Positions 17,793 to 26,768 of a DNA stretch of 28,825 nucleotides are shown here, piece by piece (the stretch's first letter is position 1; every line of letters begins with the position of its first letter). The notes beneath the pieces are model-generated. The model did not search any database and was not told where the DNA came from. It was given only the letters and a program-made list of their open reading frames with translations. The stretch comes from a virus. Taxonomy: Duplodnaviria; Heunggongvirae; Uroviricota; Caudoviricetes. Both the position numbers and the translations under genes were made by a program. The stretch lies in IMG/VR virus record IMGVR_UViG_2698536355_000015, positions 1-28,825 of that record; one strand, given 5' to 3'.

Positions 17793-18370
17793 TATTTTTC
17801 CCCTTTTACAGAGTTGTAGAGGCTGGTCATCTTGCCCACCAGCGCAGATTTACCAGTCTGTTTTTCACCGTCCGGGTTCAGGCGCGCCTGGTGACTGGCC
17901 TGCATACGTTCATCCAGAGAACGACCGCGCTTAGGCTGCGATGCCGGCGCCTGCGAAGCCATGACGTTGATGGCTGCAGCAGAGCTCATGCCGGTATAAA
18001 AAGCGAGCGATGCGGCAAGCGCTGGGTTGGCGGCAGCATGCGGGCTACCGAAGATACGGGCGCAGCGCTTACGCTCTGAAATACAAGCCTGGCGGCCAGA
18101 CTTACTTTCTTTTCGGTCATCGCCATCATCGTCTTCAGCGTCCGGATCGTCTTCATCATCCTCTGCATCCGGATCGTCATCTTCGGCGCTTTTATCACGG
18201 TCATCGTCTTCCGCATCATCATCGCGCTCATCGTCTTCAGCATCGTCCTCGCGGTCATCTTCTTCCGCTTTACGTGCCTTCGATTTTTTGGTTTTTTTAT
18301 CTTCATCTTCTTCTGATGCCGATTTTCCAAAACCCAGCAGGTGAGCAAAACTCATCGTTTTCTTTGCCAT
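17792..18370 (-). CDS. Putative head scaffolding protein with acidic low-complexity repeat (Nu3 position)
   Basis: 192 aa between the protease and gpD-like genes; contains an Asp/Glu-rich repeat region of about 70 aa (EDDREDDAEDDERDDDAEDDDRD...). Confidence 0.5.
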   Translation of the reverse strand: MAKKTMSFAHLLGFGKSASEEDEDKKTKKSKARKAEEDDREDDAEDDERDDDAEDDDRDKSAEDDDPDAEDDEDDPDAEDDDGDDRKESKSGRQACISERKRCARIFGSPHAAANPALAASLAFYTGMSSAAAINVMASQAPASQPKRGRSLDERMQASHQARLNPDGEKQTGKSALVGKMTSLYNSVKGEK

Positions 18371-18371
18371 A

Positions 18372-19241
18372 TCAGGCTCCTGTTACTTGAAGTAAATGTC
18401 TGAACGCAGCATCAGGAGGGCATACCTCATCCGCCAGTCCAAGCTCCACACCATCAGCCGCCATAAAACAGGCCGCCTGCGTATTTTTGATAATTTTTGC
18501 GCTGATCCCGCGGTTACGGGCAACGGTATTCACGAACAGCTCCCCCATGGTGTTGATGTCATGCTGTATGGCCGCCAGCGCCTCTTCTGACAACTCACGA
18601 TACGGAGAGCCCTCCGCCTTCCGGCTGCCGAAAGTAATGATGGTGACCTTCAGACCGTCCTCTTTAATGCGCTGCGTCCAGTCAAGGTGCATGGTGATGA
18701 CGCCCACCGACCCCACGCCGCCGGTGCGGGGAACCGAAATCCGGTCAGCCGCGCTGGCGATGGCGTACGCAGCTGAATACGCGCTTTCCGTCAGAATGGC
18801 GTGGACAGGTTTTTCGCCGCGGGCGTTGTAGATTTCGTCCACAAGGTCGAAACACCCCGCCACTTCCCCGCCCGGTGAATCGATATCCAGACAGATACCC
18901 TTCACATCCGGGTCGGCCAGCGCGGACAAAAACGCCTGGCGGATACCGTCATAGCCCGTCATGCCACTGTACGGCCGCAGGCTGCCGAGCTTTTGAACCA
19001 GGGTTCCGCAGATGGAGATGACCGCAACACCCGCCACATTGTCATAGCCGGGGTCGCGCCGGGTTTCCCGCCCGCGGTTGTCGTCGTAGCCGTACCCGTC
19101 GTCATCTTCCATCGCCAGTGAGGTTTCAATTCTGGAGATACCGAACCGGTCCATGACGGCTGCCATGATGACTTCAGCTTTGTTCGGGTGGATGGCCAGC
19201 GGCGTGTTAAACAGGCGCTGGGCCAGATGAGGTAGATTCAC
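18372..19241 (-). CDS. Head maturation protease, S49 (SppA/ClpP-like) family (lambda gpC-like)
   Basis: 289 aa immediately downstream of the portal gene with a 4-nt overlap; S49-type fold inferred from sequence character and the lambda gpC position. Confidence 0.75.
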   Translation of the reverse strand: MNLPHLAQRLFNTPLAIHPNKAEVIMAAVMDRFGISRIETSLAMEDDDGYGYDDNRGRETRRDPGYDNVAGVAVISICGTLVQKLGSLRPYSGMTGYDGIRQAFLSALADPDVKGICLDIDSPGGEVAGCFDLVDEIYNARGEKPVHAILTESAYSAAYAIASAADRISVPRTGGVGSVGVITMHLDWTQRIKEDGLKVTIITFGSRKAEGSPYRELSEEALAAIQHDINTMGELFVNTVARNRGISAKIIKNTQAACFMAADGVELGLADEVCPPDAAFRHLLQVTGA

Positions 19242-20875
19242 TTTTCCTCCGGGTCTTTAATCGTTTCGGGGGCAAATACATCAGCCTGCGCCCAGCTGGG
19301 TAGCGGCAGCCCGCGTTTCTTACAGGCATCAATTTCACGCTGGCGCTGATCGAGCACTTCTTCCCAGTCTTCACCGACGTTCTCACCCACCTCAATTTCG
19401 AGGGTGGAAAGCCCGGCATCCAGGCCAAGAATGGCGCCTTTCTTCTCTGCAACCGGATCCACCCAGCCGCGGCCCGGCCCCATCCAGCGCGCGCGGGAAT
19501 AGGCTGCTCTGGCGTCAACAAAATCCGGTGCGCCGGCAGGCAGGGGTAAATCCTCGTTGTCGTGCACTTCCTCGGCAAAAGCGGTCACCACAGGTTGTGC
19601 GGTTCCCATGGCGAAATCGTCGCGGCGCCGGGTCAGCGTCTTCCAGGCCTCCAGCAGCGAAGAGCGCGCGGAGCTGTAGTTAACGTCAGACCAGTCCTGG
19701 GTGACCTGCTGCGGCGATAAGCCGGTACCGGAGGAGAAATTGCGCAGCACGGCAGACTCGAACACCTCGAAGTTGCTGTAGGGCCGCGCCGCATTGACCG
19801 TGGTGATTTTTTCTCCGGGGTAAAGAATGGGCATACGGGCTCCGTTCTGCAGCGTCAGGCGCCGGTCAGTATGAAATTCGACACGCCCGTCCTGATAAGC
19901 ACCCAGCTCGGATTCGTCATAGTTTTCACCCAACGCCGACTGCACCATCGCAGGGTCATAGGGTGACTCGATATAGGCTGCAAAAATGGCGTTGAGAATA
20001 GCGGCCTCGAGCTCACTCTGGTCGTACTTCACCAGCATTTTCAGGCGCTGGACCACCGGCGTCAGAATGCCGTTTCCGCGATGCTGCGCACCGCGCTCAT
20101 GGTCAAAGTCATGTACCACATGCGGGCGTCCCCATGCCGTCTCGCGCGGGATACGCTGCCAGGTCATGGTTTTGGCCCCGCTCCACCAGTCACCGATATG
20201 GGCTTCCCGGATGTGGTAGGCCACCGGCGCACCGTCGGCGTCAATCTCCACGCCGCCACGGATATGCGGCATATCGAAATTCTGCTGCGGATTGCTGAGG
20301 CGATCAGGATCGACAACCTGCACCGTGGTGGCATAGCGCCCCCGACCTCGCCCCAGCCGGTCCGTCCGGTACTGGAGCACCAGCAGCGCATCACCATCGA
20401 TTAACTTATGGCGAAATGCCAGCCGCAGCATCTGAGGAACCGTCAGCTTGCGCTCGGCATCGCAGTAGCGCCCGGGGTCATATGCCCAGGTTCGCCAGTG
20501 CGCCTCCAGTGCCTTGCCATACTCTTCAGCCCACGTGGCATCGAATGACGGGTTCCCGGTCATCATCCTGAGTACCCGGTGATCCGGTTTCATAATGGGG
20601 CGGAAGTTTGCACCGACAGCATTGTCCAGCAGGCGGGTCACCGCACCGTTAGCCCAGCCATCGTTACGGACCAGATCCCGCGCGCGGGAAACAATCCGGT
20701 CCCGGTAGATGTTGATTTCGTTATCCGGCGACCAGAGCGCCGGCTGCCAGTTCGCCAGCTGGTCACTGAACGAATCCGCCGCGTCATAGGGCACGCGGCT
20801 GCCGCCCACCAGCATCGAGGGCCGCGCCGGGCGTACCGGCTGACCATCCGGCCCCAGTATCTGTACTTTATTCAT
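19238..20875 (-). CDS. Portal protein (lambda gpB family)
   Basis: 545 aa versus lambda gpB 533 aa; shared segment DLVRNDGWANGAV versus lambda DLVRNNGYAANAI; lies between the gpW-like and protease genes. Confidence 0.85.
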   Translation of the reverse strand: MNKVQILGPDGQPVRPARPSMLVGGSRVPYDAADSFSDQLANWQPALWSPDNEINIYRDRIVSRARDLVRNDGWANGAVTRLLDNAVGANFRPIMKPDHRVLRMMTGNPSFDATWAEEYGKALEAHWRTWAYDPGRYCDAERKLTVPQMLRLAFRHKLIDGDALLVLQYRTDRLGRGRGRYATTVQVVDPDRLSNPQQNFDMPHIRGGVEIDADGAPVAYHIREAHIGDWWSGAKTMTWQRIPRETAWGRPHVVHDFDHERGAQHRGNGILTPVVQRLKMLVKYDQSELEAAILNAIFAAYIESPYDPAMVQSALGENYDESELGAYQDGRVEFHTDRRLTLQNGARMPILYPGEKITTVNAARPYSNFEVFESAVLRNFSSGTGLSPQQVTQDWSDVNYSSARSSLLEAWKTLTRRRDDFAMGTAQPVVTAFAEEVHDNEDLPLPAGAPDFVDARAAYSRARWMGPGRGWVDPVAEKKGAILGLDAGLSTLEIEVGENVGEDWEEVLDQRQREIDACKKRGLPLPSWAQADVFAPETIKDPEEK

Positions 20876-21138
20876 CAGAATCGAAACCTCGCTGGTTTCC
20901 GCGGACGCGAGATAATGCCCAGCTGCGCCTGCAGGAGCTGGATCAGCGCCAGCAGGTCAGCCAGGGTACTTTGCTGGTAGGACACGGATCGCGTTCCGTC
21001 TCCCTGGGAATAGGAAAACGAAACACCGTGGCTCCCGGTCGCTAAATCAATGTAGGCCTGCTGGGCCTTGGCGAGCGCAGCCCTGAGCTGCTCATCGGTC
21101 ATCGCGCCGGCAAGCAGGCTGGTGTTCCGGTTAAACAT
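20875..21138 (-). CDS. Head-tail joining / head completion protein gpW-like
   Basis: Small protein between TerL and portal with a lambda gpW-like pattern (...DLATGSHGVSFSY...RSVSYQQSTLADLLALIQLLQAQLG...); the true start may be the internal Met (MTDEQLRAAL). Confidence 0.7.
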   Translation of the reverse strand: MFNRNTSLLAGAMTDEQLRAALAKAQQAYIDLATGSHGVSFSYSQGDGTRSVSYQQSTLADLLALIQLLQAQLGIISRPRKPARFRF

Positions 21139-21146
21139 AATTATCC

Positions 21147-23276
21147 TTATTGCGGCAGGAGTTTTGACAGTCGCTTACGTTTGACGGGAGCAGGCTCTTC
21201 AATAACGGCCCCCGGCAATTCGTAGCTGATGGTTTCTTCCGGTCCGGCCGGTGCTGGCAGGAATTTGTCCGGGTTGGCTTCCAGGTTCGCGGCGCGTACG
21301 TTCAGCTTGAGTCCCATGTGCATCAGGCCACACAGCGCGGCGTAGCTATACACCCTACAGTCGAGCGCTTCGTTTGCCCTGCCGGGAATGGCTTCCCAGA
21401 CGCTGAAGCGCTGCCCGGCAATGACTTTGTACACAAGGCGCTCAGCCAGCAGCTGGTTGAAATAGCCGATATCCCGATCGTCAGGGAAATGCATATACCC
21501 CGGCGCGGCCATACCCGGCGCAGGTGGCTCGATATGCAGCCGCCCGCGGATCACATCCTTCGCGGAGTTGACCCCCAGAATGATCGGCCGGAACTGCGCC
21601 TTGCTCTTCGATGAAGGACGTTTGGTTGGCCAGACCGGATTTCGCTTCCCGCCCTGCGCCGATTCACCTTTGACAGCCCAGATTCGGCGATTGAGCCGCT
21701 CTTTCGCAAACTCGTAGACCTTCTGGGTATGGTGACCGCCGGAGTCATGGCAGGCCGCCATAATGGTCAGTCCCCTGCCATCGTTCCGGCGCCATATCTG
21801 CTTCAGGTACGCATCCAGACGCCGCCAGGGTTCATCCGTTTCCAGATCGCCGTAGATGACATCATGGGAGACAGACCAGGACTCCTCGTTTTTACCCCAG
21901 CCTGTCACTTCGATTTCGAAGCGATCATCCTGGGTATCAATCCCGGCCGTCAGCAGGGCAACACCATCCGGCACTTTCGCCGGAAAGACCTCTCGGCGAG
22001 CCAGCAGGATATCCACCGGCAACTGCTTGCCATGGTTTGGCCGGTGAGGCAGTCCCATCTGGGTATTCCACCAGGCCTGCTCTTTATCCGGGTCCCCCTT
22101 CGCTTTGATGTATTTCTCGGCAATATCGGACGGCTTGTCTTTCTGCCACGGGCTGAACAGTTTGGATGCCTGATACCCGGCATGGTGGTTATCGACGGCC
22201 TCCTGCCCGCACTCCGGACAGACAGCGCGCCAGACTGCATGACGTTCGGATTCCGACCATCGCCACACCTTTTCAACACTGCCCTCATCCTCTGTCCGCC
22301 AGGCCAGGTCATAATCCATCAGCGGGGAATGCCGCTCTCCGCAGCACTCGAACGGTCGGGTCTGGTGCCAGCGGATGGTCTGCAGCGCCCTTAGCCGCTC
22401 CCCCTCGGACCAGCCAGCGCCGCAGCACTCACAGTGGAGCATCGCTGATTTGGTCAGGTGTTTATCCCCGTCCTTCGGCCACTGAACGTGTTTAAAAAAG
22501 TCAGGGAACTGTCGGTGCCCACAGTGTGGACACACCACCGAGGCCCGGCGCTGGTCAGATTCGGCATAACTGTCGGCAATCCGGCTTTCGTCTTCCACCG
22601 TCGGCGAGCAGGCACGAACCGACAGCCAGGTGAGGCCAAACGTCGCCGTGCGCTCTTCCGCCAGCGCGATGGGGTCGCCTTCGCGGGTGATCGGGTATTT
22701 ATCCACCTCATCCGCCAGCAGGACACGAATCGGGCGGCGCGCGAGGTTATCGGGACTACCGGCGCCCGCCAGCGCCAGAAAGCCGCCGGTGAACGCCTTA
22801 TAGAGAATGGTTTCTTTCGAGCTCTTCTGCTTTGAGTCGCCGATGATTCTGCGCAGTGCCGGCGTCACCCTCACCAGCGGGCTGATGCGTTCCTTCGAGA
22901 ACTGCTCGGCCGCTTCCTCTTTCGGCTGCAGCAGCAGTATCGGGCAGGGATCGAGATGCGCGAAATAACCAAACAGGTTTTCCAGCAGCGCGGTTTTCAT
23001 CAGCTGAGTGCAGCACATCACCGTAATGATGTGAACGCCTGATTCTGTCGCCGCCAGCATCGGGCCGCGGGCGATCTCCACGGTGGACGTCTCCCAGTTG
23101 CCCGACGTACTCCCGGCTTCCTTCGCCAGCTTGCGATAATCATCAGCCCACTGCGGAACGCTGATCCTCGGCGGTGGCGTCCAGCCTTTTCGTACGCTCA
23201 GCTCAAGACGCTCAATCTTCAGCCGGGTTAAATTCTGGCTCTCCGAGGACTGAGATATGTTTGTGGACATGTTCAA
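21147..23276 (-). CDS. terL: Terminase large subunit (lambda gpA family)
   Basis: 709 aa; segment VPDGVALLTAGIDTQDDRFEIEVTGWGKNEESW matches lambda gpA VPDRVAYLTAGIDSQLDRYEMRVWGWGPGEESW; overlaps the end of the TerS gene. Confidence 0.9.
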   Translation of the reverse strand: MNMSTNISQSSESQNLTRLKIERLELSVRKGWTPPPRISVPQWADDYRKLAKEAGSTSGNWETSTVEIARGPMLAATESGVHIITVMCCTQLMKTALLENLFGYFAHLDPCPILLLQPKEEAAEQFSKERISPLVRVTPALRRIIGDSKQKSSKETILYKAFTGGFLALAGAGSPDNLARRPIRVLLADEVDKYPITREGDPIALAEERTATFGLTWLSVRACSPTVEDESRIADSYAESDQRRASVVCPHCGHRQFPDFFKHVQWPKDGDKHLTKSAMLHCECCGAGWSEGERLRALQTIRWHQTRPFECCGERHSPLMDYDLAWRTEDEGSVEKVWRWSESERHAVWRAVCPECGQEAVDNHHAGYQASKLFSPWQKDKPSDIAEKYIKAKGDPDKEQAWWNTQMGLPHRPNHGKQLPVDILLARREVFPAKVPDGVALLTAGIDTQDDRFEIEVTGWGKNEESWSVSHDVIYGDLETDEPWRRLDAYLKQIWRRNDGRGLTIMAACHDSGGHHTQKVYEFAKERLNRRIWAVKGESAQGGKRNPVWPTKRPSSKSKAQFRPIILGVNSAKDVIRGRLHIEPPAPGMAAPGYMHFPDDRDIGYFNQLLAERLVYKVIAGQRFSVWEAIPGRANEALDCRVYSYAALCGLMHMGLKLNVRAANLEANPDKFLPAPAGPEETISYELPGAVIEEPAPVKRKRLSKLLPQ

Positions 23277-23775
23277 TCAGCACCTCTGTCATCCTGTCCG
23301 CCGGTACATCCAGATCAGCAGCCATCAGCGGCGCCACCCTGGACGGCCAGTTGAGCCAGGCATCGCGCTGCTGGCGAAAGGCGTTGAAAAGAACCTCCTC
23401 GGCGACCACCAGCTCAACGAGCTGGCCACTGTCTTTTTCGTACTGCAGTTTGGCCTGCAGGGCCATATAGTTTTCGCGGATACGCGCCGCCTCCTCCCGC
23501 GAAAGGTCTGCGCCTTCGGTGAGCATTATCTGGCGTACGGTATTCTCGATGTCATCCCCGTCATCATCGCTGGCAACAGGGGTTTTCTTTTTCTTCGCGT
23601 TCGAAGCGCGCGGGTCTTTGCCATCGCGGTTTTTCTTCAGTGCGGCATCGCTGGCCTCAACATCAATCAGGTCCCCATCCATCACAATGAAGCGACCCGC
23701 TTTAATCCAGCGTCCGATGGTCTTGCGATCGACACCCGAATGTTGTGCGTACTGACTCTGGTTCATCGTGGTCAT
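23212..23775 (-). CDS. terS: Terminase small subunit (lambda Nu1-like)
   Basis: 187 aa immediately upstream of and overlapping TerL; N-terminal DNA-binding-type region (MNQSQYAQHSGVDRKTIGRWIKAG) resembles the Nu1 N-terminus. Confidence 0.7.
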   Translation of the reverse strand: MTTMNQSQYAQHSGVDRKTIGRWIKAGRFIVMDGDLIDVEASDAALKKNRDGKDPRASNAKKKKTPVASDDDGDDIENTVRQIMLTEGADLSREEAARIRENYMALQAKLQYEKDSGQLVELVVAEEVLFNAFRQQRDAWLNWPSRVAPLMAADLDVPADRMTEVLIEHVHKHISVLGEPEFNPAED

Positions 23776-23922
23776 GGGACATCACCTGGGACATTTTCAG
23801 GGGTGGGACATTTACCTGGGACATTTTTGCGATGTCCCACCGGAATGTCCCACTGGAATAAACAGGAATAGCCAGCACTGGTGCGGTGTCAGGCGCGATC
23901 GCCCCGGGTGGGACATGGGACA
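23775..23922. repeat. Array of about 8 copies of TGGGACAT in both orientations (putative cosB-like terminase-binding sites)
   Basis: Direct copies near 23775, 23787, 23804, 23817, 23909 and 23916; inverted copies (ATGTCCCA) near 23832 and 23845. The first copy overlaps the TerS start codon. Confidence 0.5.
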
Positions 23923-24016
23923 CAAATCTGAAACCTGTAGCTAGGAAAACACCGCGGCGCGCAATGCCCGTGCAATATGATCCCCTCAGGAAGGACCCAA
24001 ACCCACCGGGGCGGGG

Positions 24017-24370
24017 TCACAAGGCATGCTGGAAAAGAAAAATACGCGTGATGCTATCCTGACGGAAATGGAAACGGTCACGGGCAATGTTTAATAATCC
24101 ACCTTCCCCGAACCGCTCAAACTCTTCGGCGCAGCGTATGGCATCATCAAAAACATAAATATCGGGCGGCGGTAATGTGAAGCTTCTCACGTTGTCTGCA
24201 GGGAGAATACGGCCACCAAAGAGGCCTGGGCGGATATTATTCACATCACGCATCGTGGGTACGATTAATTGCACGTGCAAGCCAGCTGCTTCAAATCCAC
24301 TCGCTAATGCCAGTGCGGCGCTCGTCATTCCACTGTGGCGCTTAATAAGAATTGTTGCTGTGTTGCTCAT
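24017..24370 (-). CDS. Hypothetical protein (cos-proximal, unknown function)
   Basis: 117-aa ORF with GC content like the phage core, 7 nt downstream of the 227-aa gene; no recognisable family. Confidence 0.4.
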   Translation of the reverse strand: MSNTATILIKRHSGMTSAALALASGFEAAGLHVQLIVPTMRDVNNIRPGLFGGRILPADNVRSFTLPPPDIYVFDDAIRCAEEFERFGEGGLLNIARDRFHFRQDSITRIFLFQHAL

Positions 24371-24377
24371 GATGTCC

Positions 24378-25061
24378 TCATTTTGCTGTTCGGAGCGCCT
24401 CCGCTATCGCCTGATTCAACGCAGATGGTAGCAGCGCGTTCGCCATGGTGTTTGCCCGGTCCATATAGCCCAGCGAGGGTTTTACTGGCAGCGCGTTGCC
24501 AAAGCGGATAAGCAGTTTTGGCGCACGTTGTTTAACCTTCTCCCGACGCGTTCCATTCGGCGAGCGTTTCGCCCGCTTCTTCCCTTTCCTGGTCCTGGCC
24601 TTTCTGCGCTGCCAGACAGAGTTAACACCGCCGACATCACCGATGAAGGTGTTTGGCTTCGCCTTGAGCTGAGAAAGCTTATTACGCGGCAGGTTGCCGA
24701 ATTTATTCAGCTTAATGTCTTTGGGGTTGAGCAGAGCGCTACCGTTGAGCTTATGTTCGCCGCCAAACTCAAACGGATCGAGGTAATCCGCGGCAGTATC
24801 GCGGACGAACACTTTCGCGTGCAGACTGTTTTTTCGGGCAGCCACAGAGCCGACCGACTTCACGGTGAAAGGTGTGGGATTATCCAGATGGCGCTCGAAC
24901 GCCGTTTTCTGAGCCGTTTCTATCTGCCGAACGACCTTTGTCATCGCCTGCGCTGTAGCGAAGGGGATTTGCTTCTGAAGCTGCCGCAACTGACTGGAAA
25001 GGTCTTTAAGTGTTGCCATGACAGTCTCCGCAATTATTGCCATTATGATGGGGCTCCCCAT
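24378..25061 (-). CDS. Hypothetical protein with highly basic Lys/Arg-rich segment (possible nucleic-acid-binding protein)
   Basis: 227-aa ORF containing WQRRKARTRKGKKRAKRSPNGTRREKVKQRAPK; no recognisable family. Confidence 0.45.
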   Translation of the reverse strand: MGSPIIMAIIAETVMATLKDLSSQLRQLQKQIPFATAQAMTKVVRQIETAQKTAFERHLDNPTPFTVKSVGSVAARKNSLHAKVFVRDTAADYLDPFEFGGEHKLNGSALLNPKDIKLNKFGNLPRNKLSQLKAKPNTFIGDVGGVNSVWQRRKARTRKGKKRAKRSPNGTRREKVKQRAPKLLIRFGNALPVKPSLGYMDRANTMANALLPSALNQAIAEALRTAK

Positions 25062-25118
25062 GATGATGGCAACAAAAAACCGCCCGAAGGCGGCTTGTGC
25101 CGTTATTGCTGGTCAATC

Positions 25119-25346
25119 TCACTCTTCAGATGAGCCTTCTTCCAACGCATCCTGGATAGCATCCGCAAGTTGTGAAATATTATCTTTAGCAAAAACCAAA
25201 TCGTTATACATCGATCCTCCTGAAGCTGCAGAATCAGAAGATGCAGAGGCTTTGGCTATTTCTAGTGCAGCCTTAACAGCTAACAGGCGTTGGTGTTCTT
25301 CTTTTGTCGCTCCTAATTCAGGTGCTCCATAATAATTTTCAAGCAT
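25119..25346 (-). CDS. Small hypothetical protein (AT-rich island)
   Basis: 75-aa ORF in a locally AT-rich segment with an AGGGGA Shine-Dalgarno about 8 nt upstream of the ATG; acidic, Ala/Ser-rich. Confidence 0.35.
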   Translation of the reverse strand: MLENYYGAPELGATKEEHQRLLAVKAALEIAKASASSDSAASGGSMYNDLVFAKDNISQLADAIQDALEEGSSEE

Positions 25347-25463
25347 TTTATATCCCCTATATCCGCAGCCAATCTGCGGTTATCTATAAGTTGGGGATTA
25401 AGTAATAATTTCAACCCTAACAAAACATTATCGAAACCCATCAGAGATGAGCTTCTGTAATGC

Positions 25464-25760
25464 TTACTCTTCAACCACTGCACCTTCCGGCAGTTCTACG
25501 CAACCAAAAACAGGCATACCCGGTGAACGGTAATCTTCCACTGCCACCAATTGTGATTCTGAATACCAGCACTCTGTAGCGCACTTGTCCGCTGCCTGGT
25601 AATAAACAAAATACTGGTTATCACCTGTTACATGTTGAGATCGGGCCTGAACCTCACCAAACTCATCACTGATACGCAGGCTCACCAATTGGCCCAGGCA
25701 GAATTTAAAATCTTTTGCTACAGGCAGGATTGCGCAGCCGTTTTGTTCTTTGTCTATCAT
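25464..25760 (-). CDS. Hypothetical Cys-containing protein downstream of Rz
   Basis: 98-aa ORF with six Cys residues; no recognisable family. Confidence 0.4.
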   Translation of the reverse strand: MIDKEQNGCAILPVAKDFKFCLGQLVSLRISDEFGEVQARSQHVTGDNQYFVYYQAADKCATECWYSESQLVAVEDYRSPGMPVFGCVELPEGAVVEE

Positions 25761-25801
25761 TCACTCCCGTGTTGTTAAAAAGCTCGCTTTTGCGAGGATC
25801 G

Positions 25802-26281
25802 TTATTTGAGGCACTGCGTGGTGATGTATTCCTGCAGGCCGCTCACTTGTTTGGTGATAACGCTAATTCGCTCTCTGAGGGTGAAATAATCCCGTTGAGC
25901 GGCGTCAGTAAGTCGGGGGCCGGTTGCATCATCCACGCCGGTGGCGCCGGAGGTATTACCCTTGGGGCAGGTGGCGTTGATGTGCAGCCCACACTTGCCA
26001 GAACGAACACACTGCTGAAGAGCATCAAGCTGCTTTTTCGCATCAGCTAACTCCTTTGTGTATTTGGCATCCAGCGCAGCGACGTCGCGCTGCCGGGTCT
26101 GCATGTCGGTTATGGTGGCGTTCGCCAGCGTCAGGGCGGATGTGGCTTTATCGCGCTGGTCTTTGTAGGTGATGGCGTTGTCGCGGTAGTGGTTCACTGC
26201 CAGTAACAGCACGCCGATAACTGCAAATACCAGAATCGGCAGCCATAGCTTTTTCAGCGCTGCGAAGATGGCTTCACTCAT
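25802..26281 (-). CDS. Rz: Inner-membrane spanin Rz (i-spanin)
   Basis: Strong identity to lambda Rz ([13 protein letters not shown]...[24 protein letters not shown]...RDYFTLRER); N-terminal transmembrane helix. Confidence 0.85.
   Translation of the reverse strand: MSEAIFAALKKLWLPILVFAVIGVLLLAVNHYRDNAITYKDQRDKATSALTLANATITDMQTRQRDVAALDAKYTKELADAKKQLDALQQCVRSGKCGLHINATCPKGNTSGATGVDDATGPRLTDAAQRDYFTLRERISVITKQVSGLQEYITTQCLK
25843..26043 (-). CDS. Rz1: Outer-membrane lipoprotein spanin Rz1 (o-spanin), embedded in Rz in the +1 frame
   Basis: Lipobox (LASVGC) and Pro-rich segment [14 protein letters not shown]...[11 protein letters not shown], matching lambda Rz1 (PPPPPAWIMQPPPD...[11 protein letters not shown]); lies entirely within Rz. 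Confidence 0.8.
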   Translation of the reverse strand: MRKSSLMLFSSVFVLASVGCTSTPPAPRVIPPAPPAWMMQPAPDLLTPLNGIISPSESELALSPNK

Positions 26282-26763
26282 GGTTTAGACTCGCTCACCT
26301 GACCGCCAGCGGCTTTGAATACCGCGATCAGATTATCCGCTTTGTGCTCAAACTGGCCGTAGCCCGCACCGGGGAGTGAGGCCCATATATTGCTGCAGCG
26401 GTCGATAGCCTGTCGAATGTCTCCGCTGTCGATTAACGGCAGCGCGCCACGCTCCTTAATTTGCTGAAGCGCCACTGCGTCCTGGCTGGCCGGGGAGAAG
26501 TCTTTCAGACCAAGCTGCACCCGGTATGCATCCCACCATTTGGACAGCAGCTGGTAGCGGCCGGCAGCCGTTGATTTCAGTGTTGGGCTAAGCGTGACCA
26601 GCTTTCGGGGGTGATCTGAATAATCGGTAAACAGGGAACCGCCGACAATAACGTCGTATCCGTGGTTATTGGTCTTCTGCCTGCCGTTATCGGTTCCTTC
26701 AGACCAGGCCAGCATATCGAGAAATGCTTTTCGTTGAGGACTCATCGTCTGCATCAGCGCCAC
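26278..26763 (-). CDS. R: Endolysin, lambda R-like lytic transglycosylase
   Basis: Near-identical over most of its length to lambda R ([47 protein letters not shown]...[22 protein letters not shown]). Confidence 0.9.
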   Translation of the reverse strand: MALMQTMSPQRKAFLDMLAWSEGTDNGRQKTNNHGYDVIVGGSLFTDYSDHPRKLVTLSPTLKSTAAGRYQLLSKWWDAYRVQLGLKDFSPASQDAVALQQIKERGALPLIDSGDIRQAIDRCSNIWASLPGAGYGQFEHKADNLIAVFKAAGGQVSESKP

Positions 26764-26768
26764 CTTTT

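Noticed and set aside
18027-18344. Ser-rich 105-aa plus-strand ORF that looks like a repeat protein
   Set aside because: It is the antisense reading of the acidic D/E repeat tract of the scaffold-position gene; the repeat is real at the DNA level but the coding strand is minus.
21729-22394. 221-aa plus-strand ORF (plus other antisense ORFs at 4423..4908, 17328..17819, 23257..23871 and 24528..25133)
   Set aside because: All lie antisense to well-supported structural or packaging genes and have the low-complexity Arg/Pro-rich composition expected of spurious ORFs in high-GC sequence.
23775-23922. TGGGACAT repeats as a possible CRISPR array
   Set aside because: Units are only 8 bp, irregularly spaced (12-17 bp), occur in both orientations and abut the terminase gene; this fits protein-binding sites, not CRISPR repeat-spacer architecture.
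25363-25379. Hairpin CCGCAG-CCAAT-CTGCGG as a terminator for the 98-aa gene
   Set aside because: No U-tract follows it in minus-strand sense; it may be a 5'-UTR structure of the 75-aa gene. Noted in a finding but not listed as a feature.
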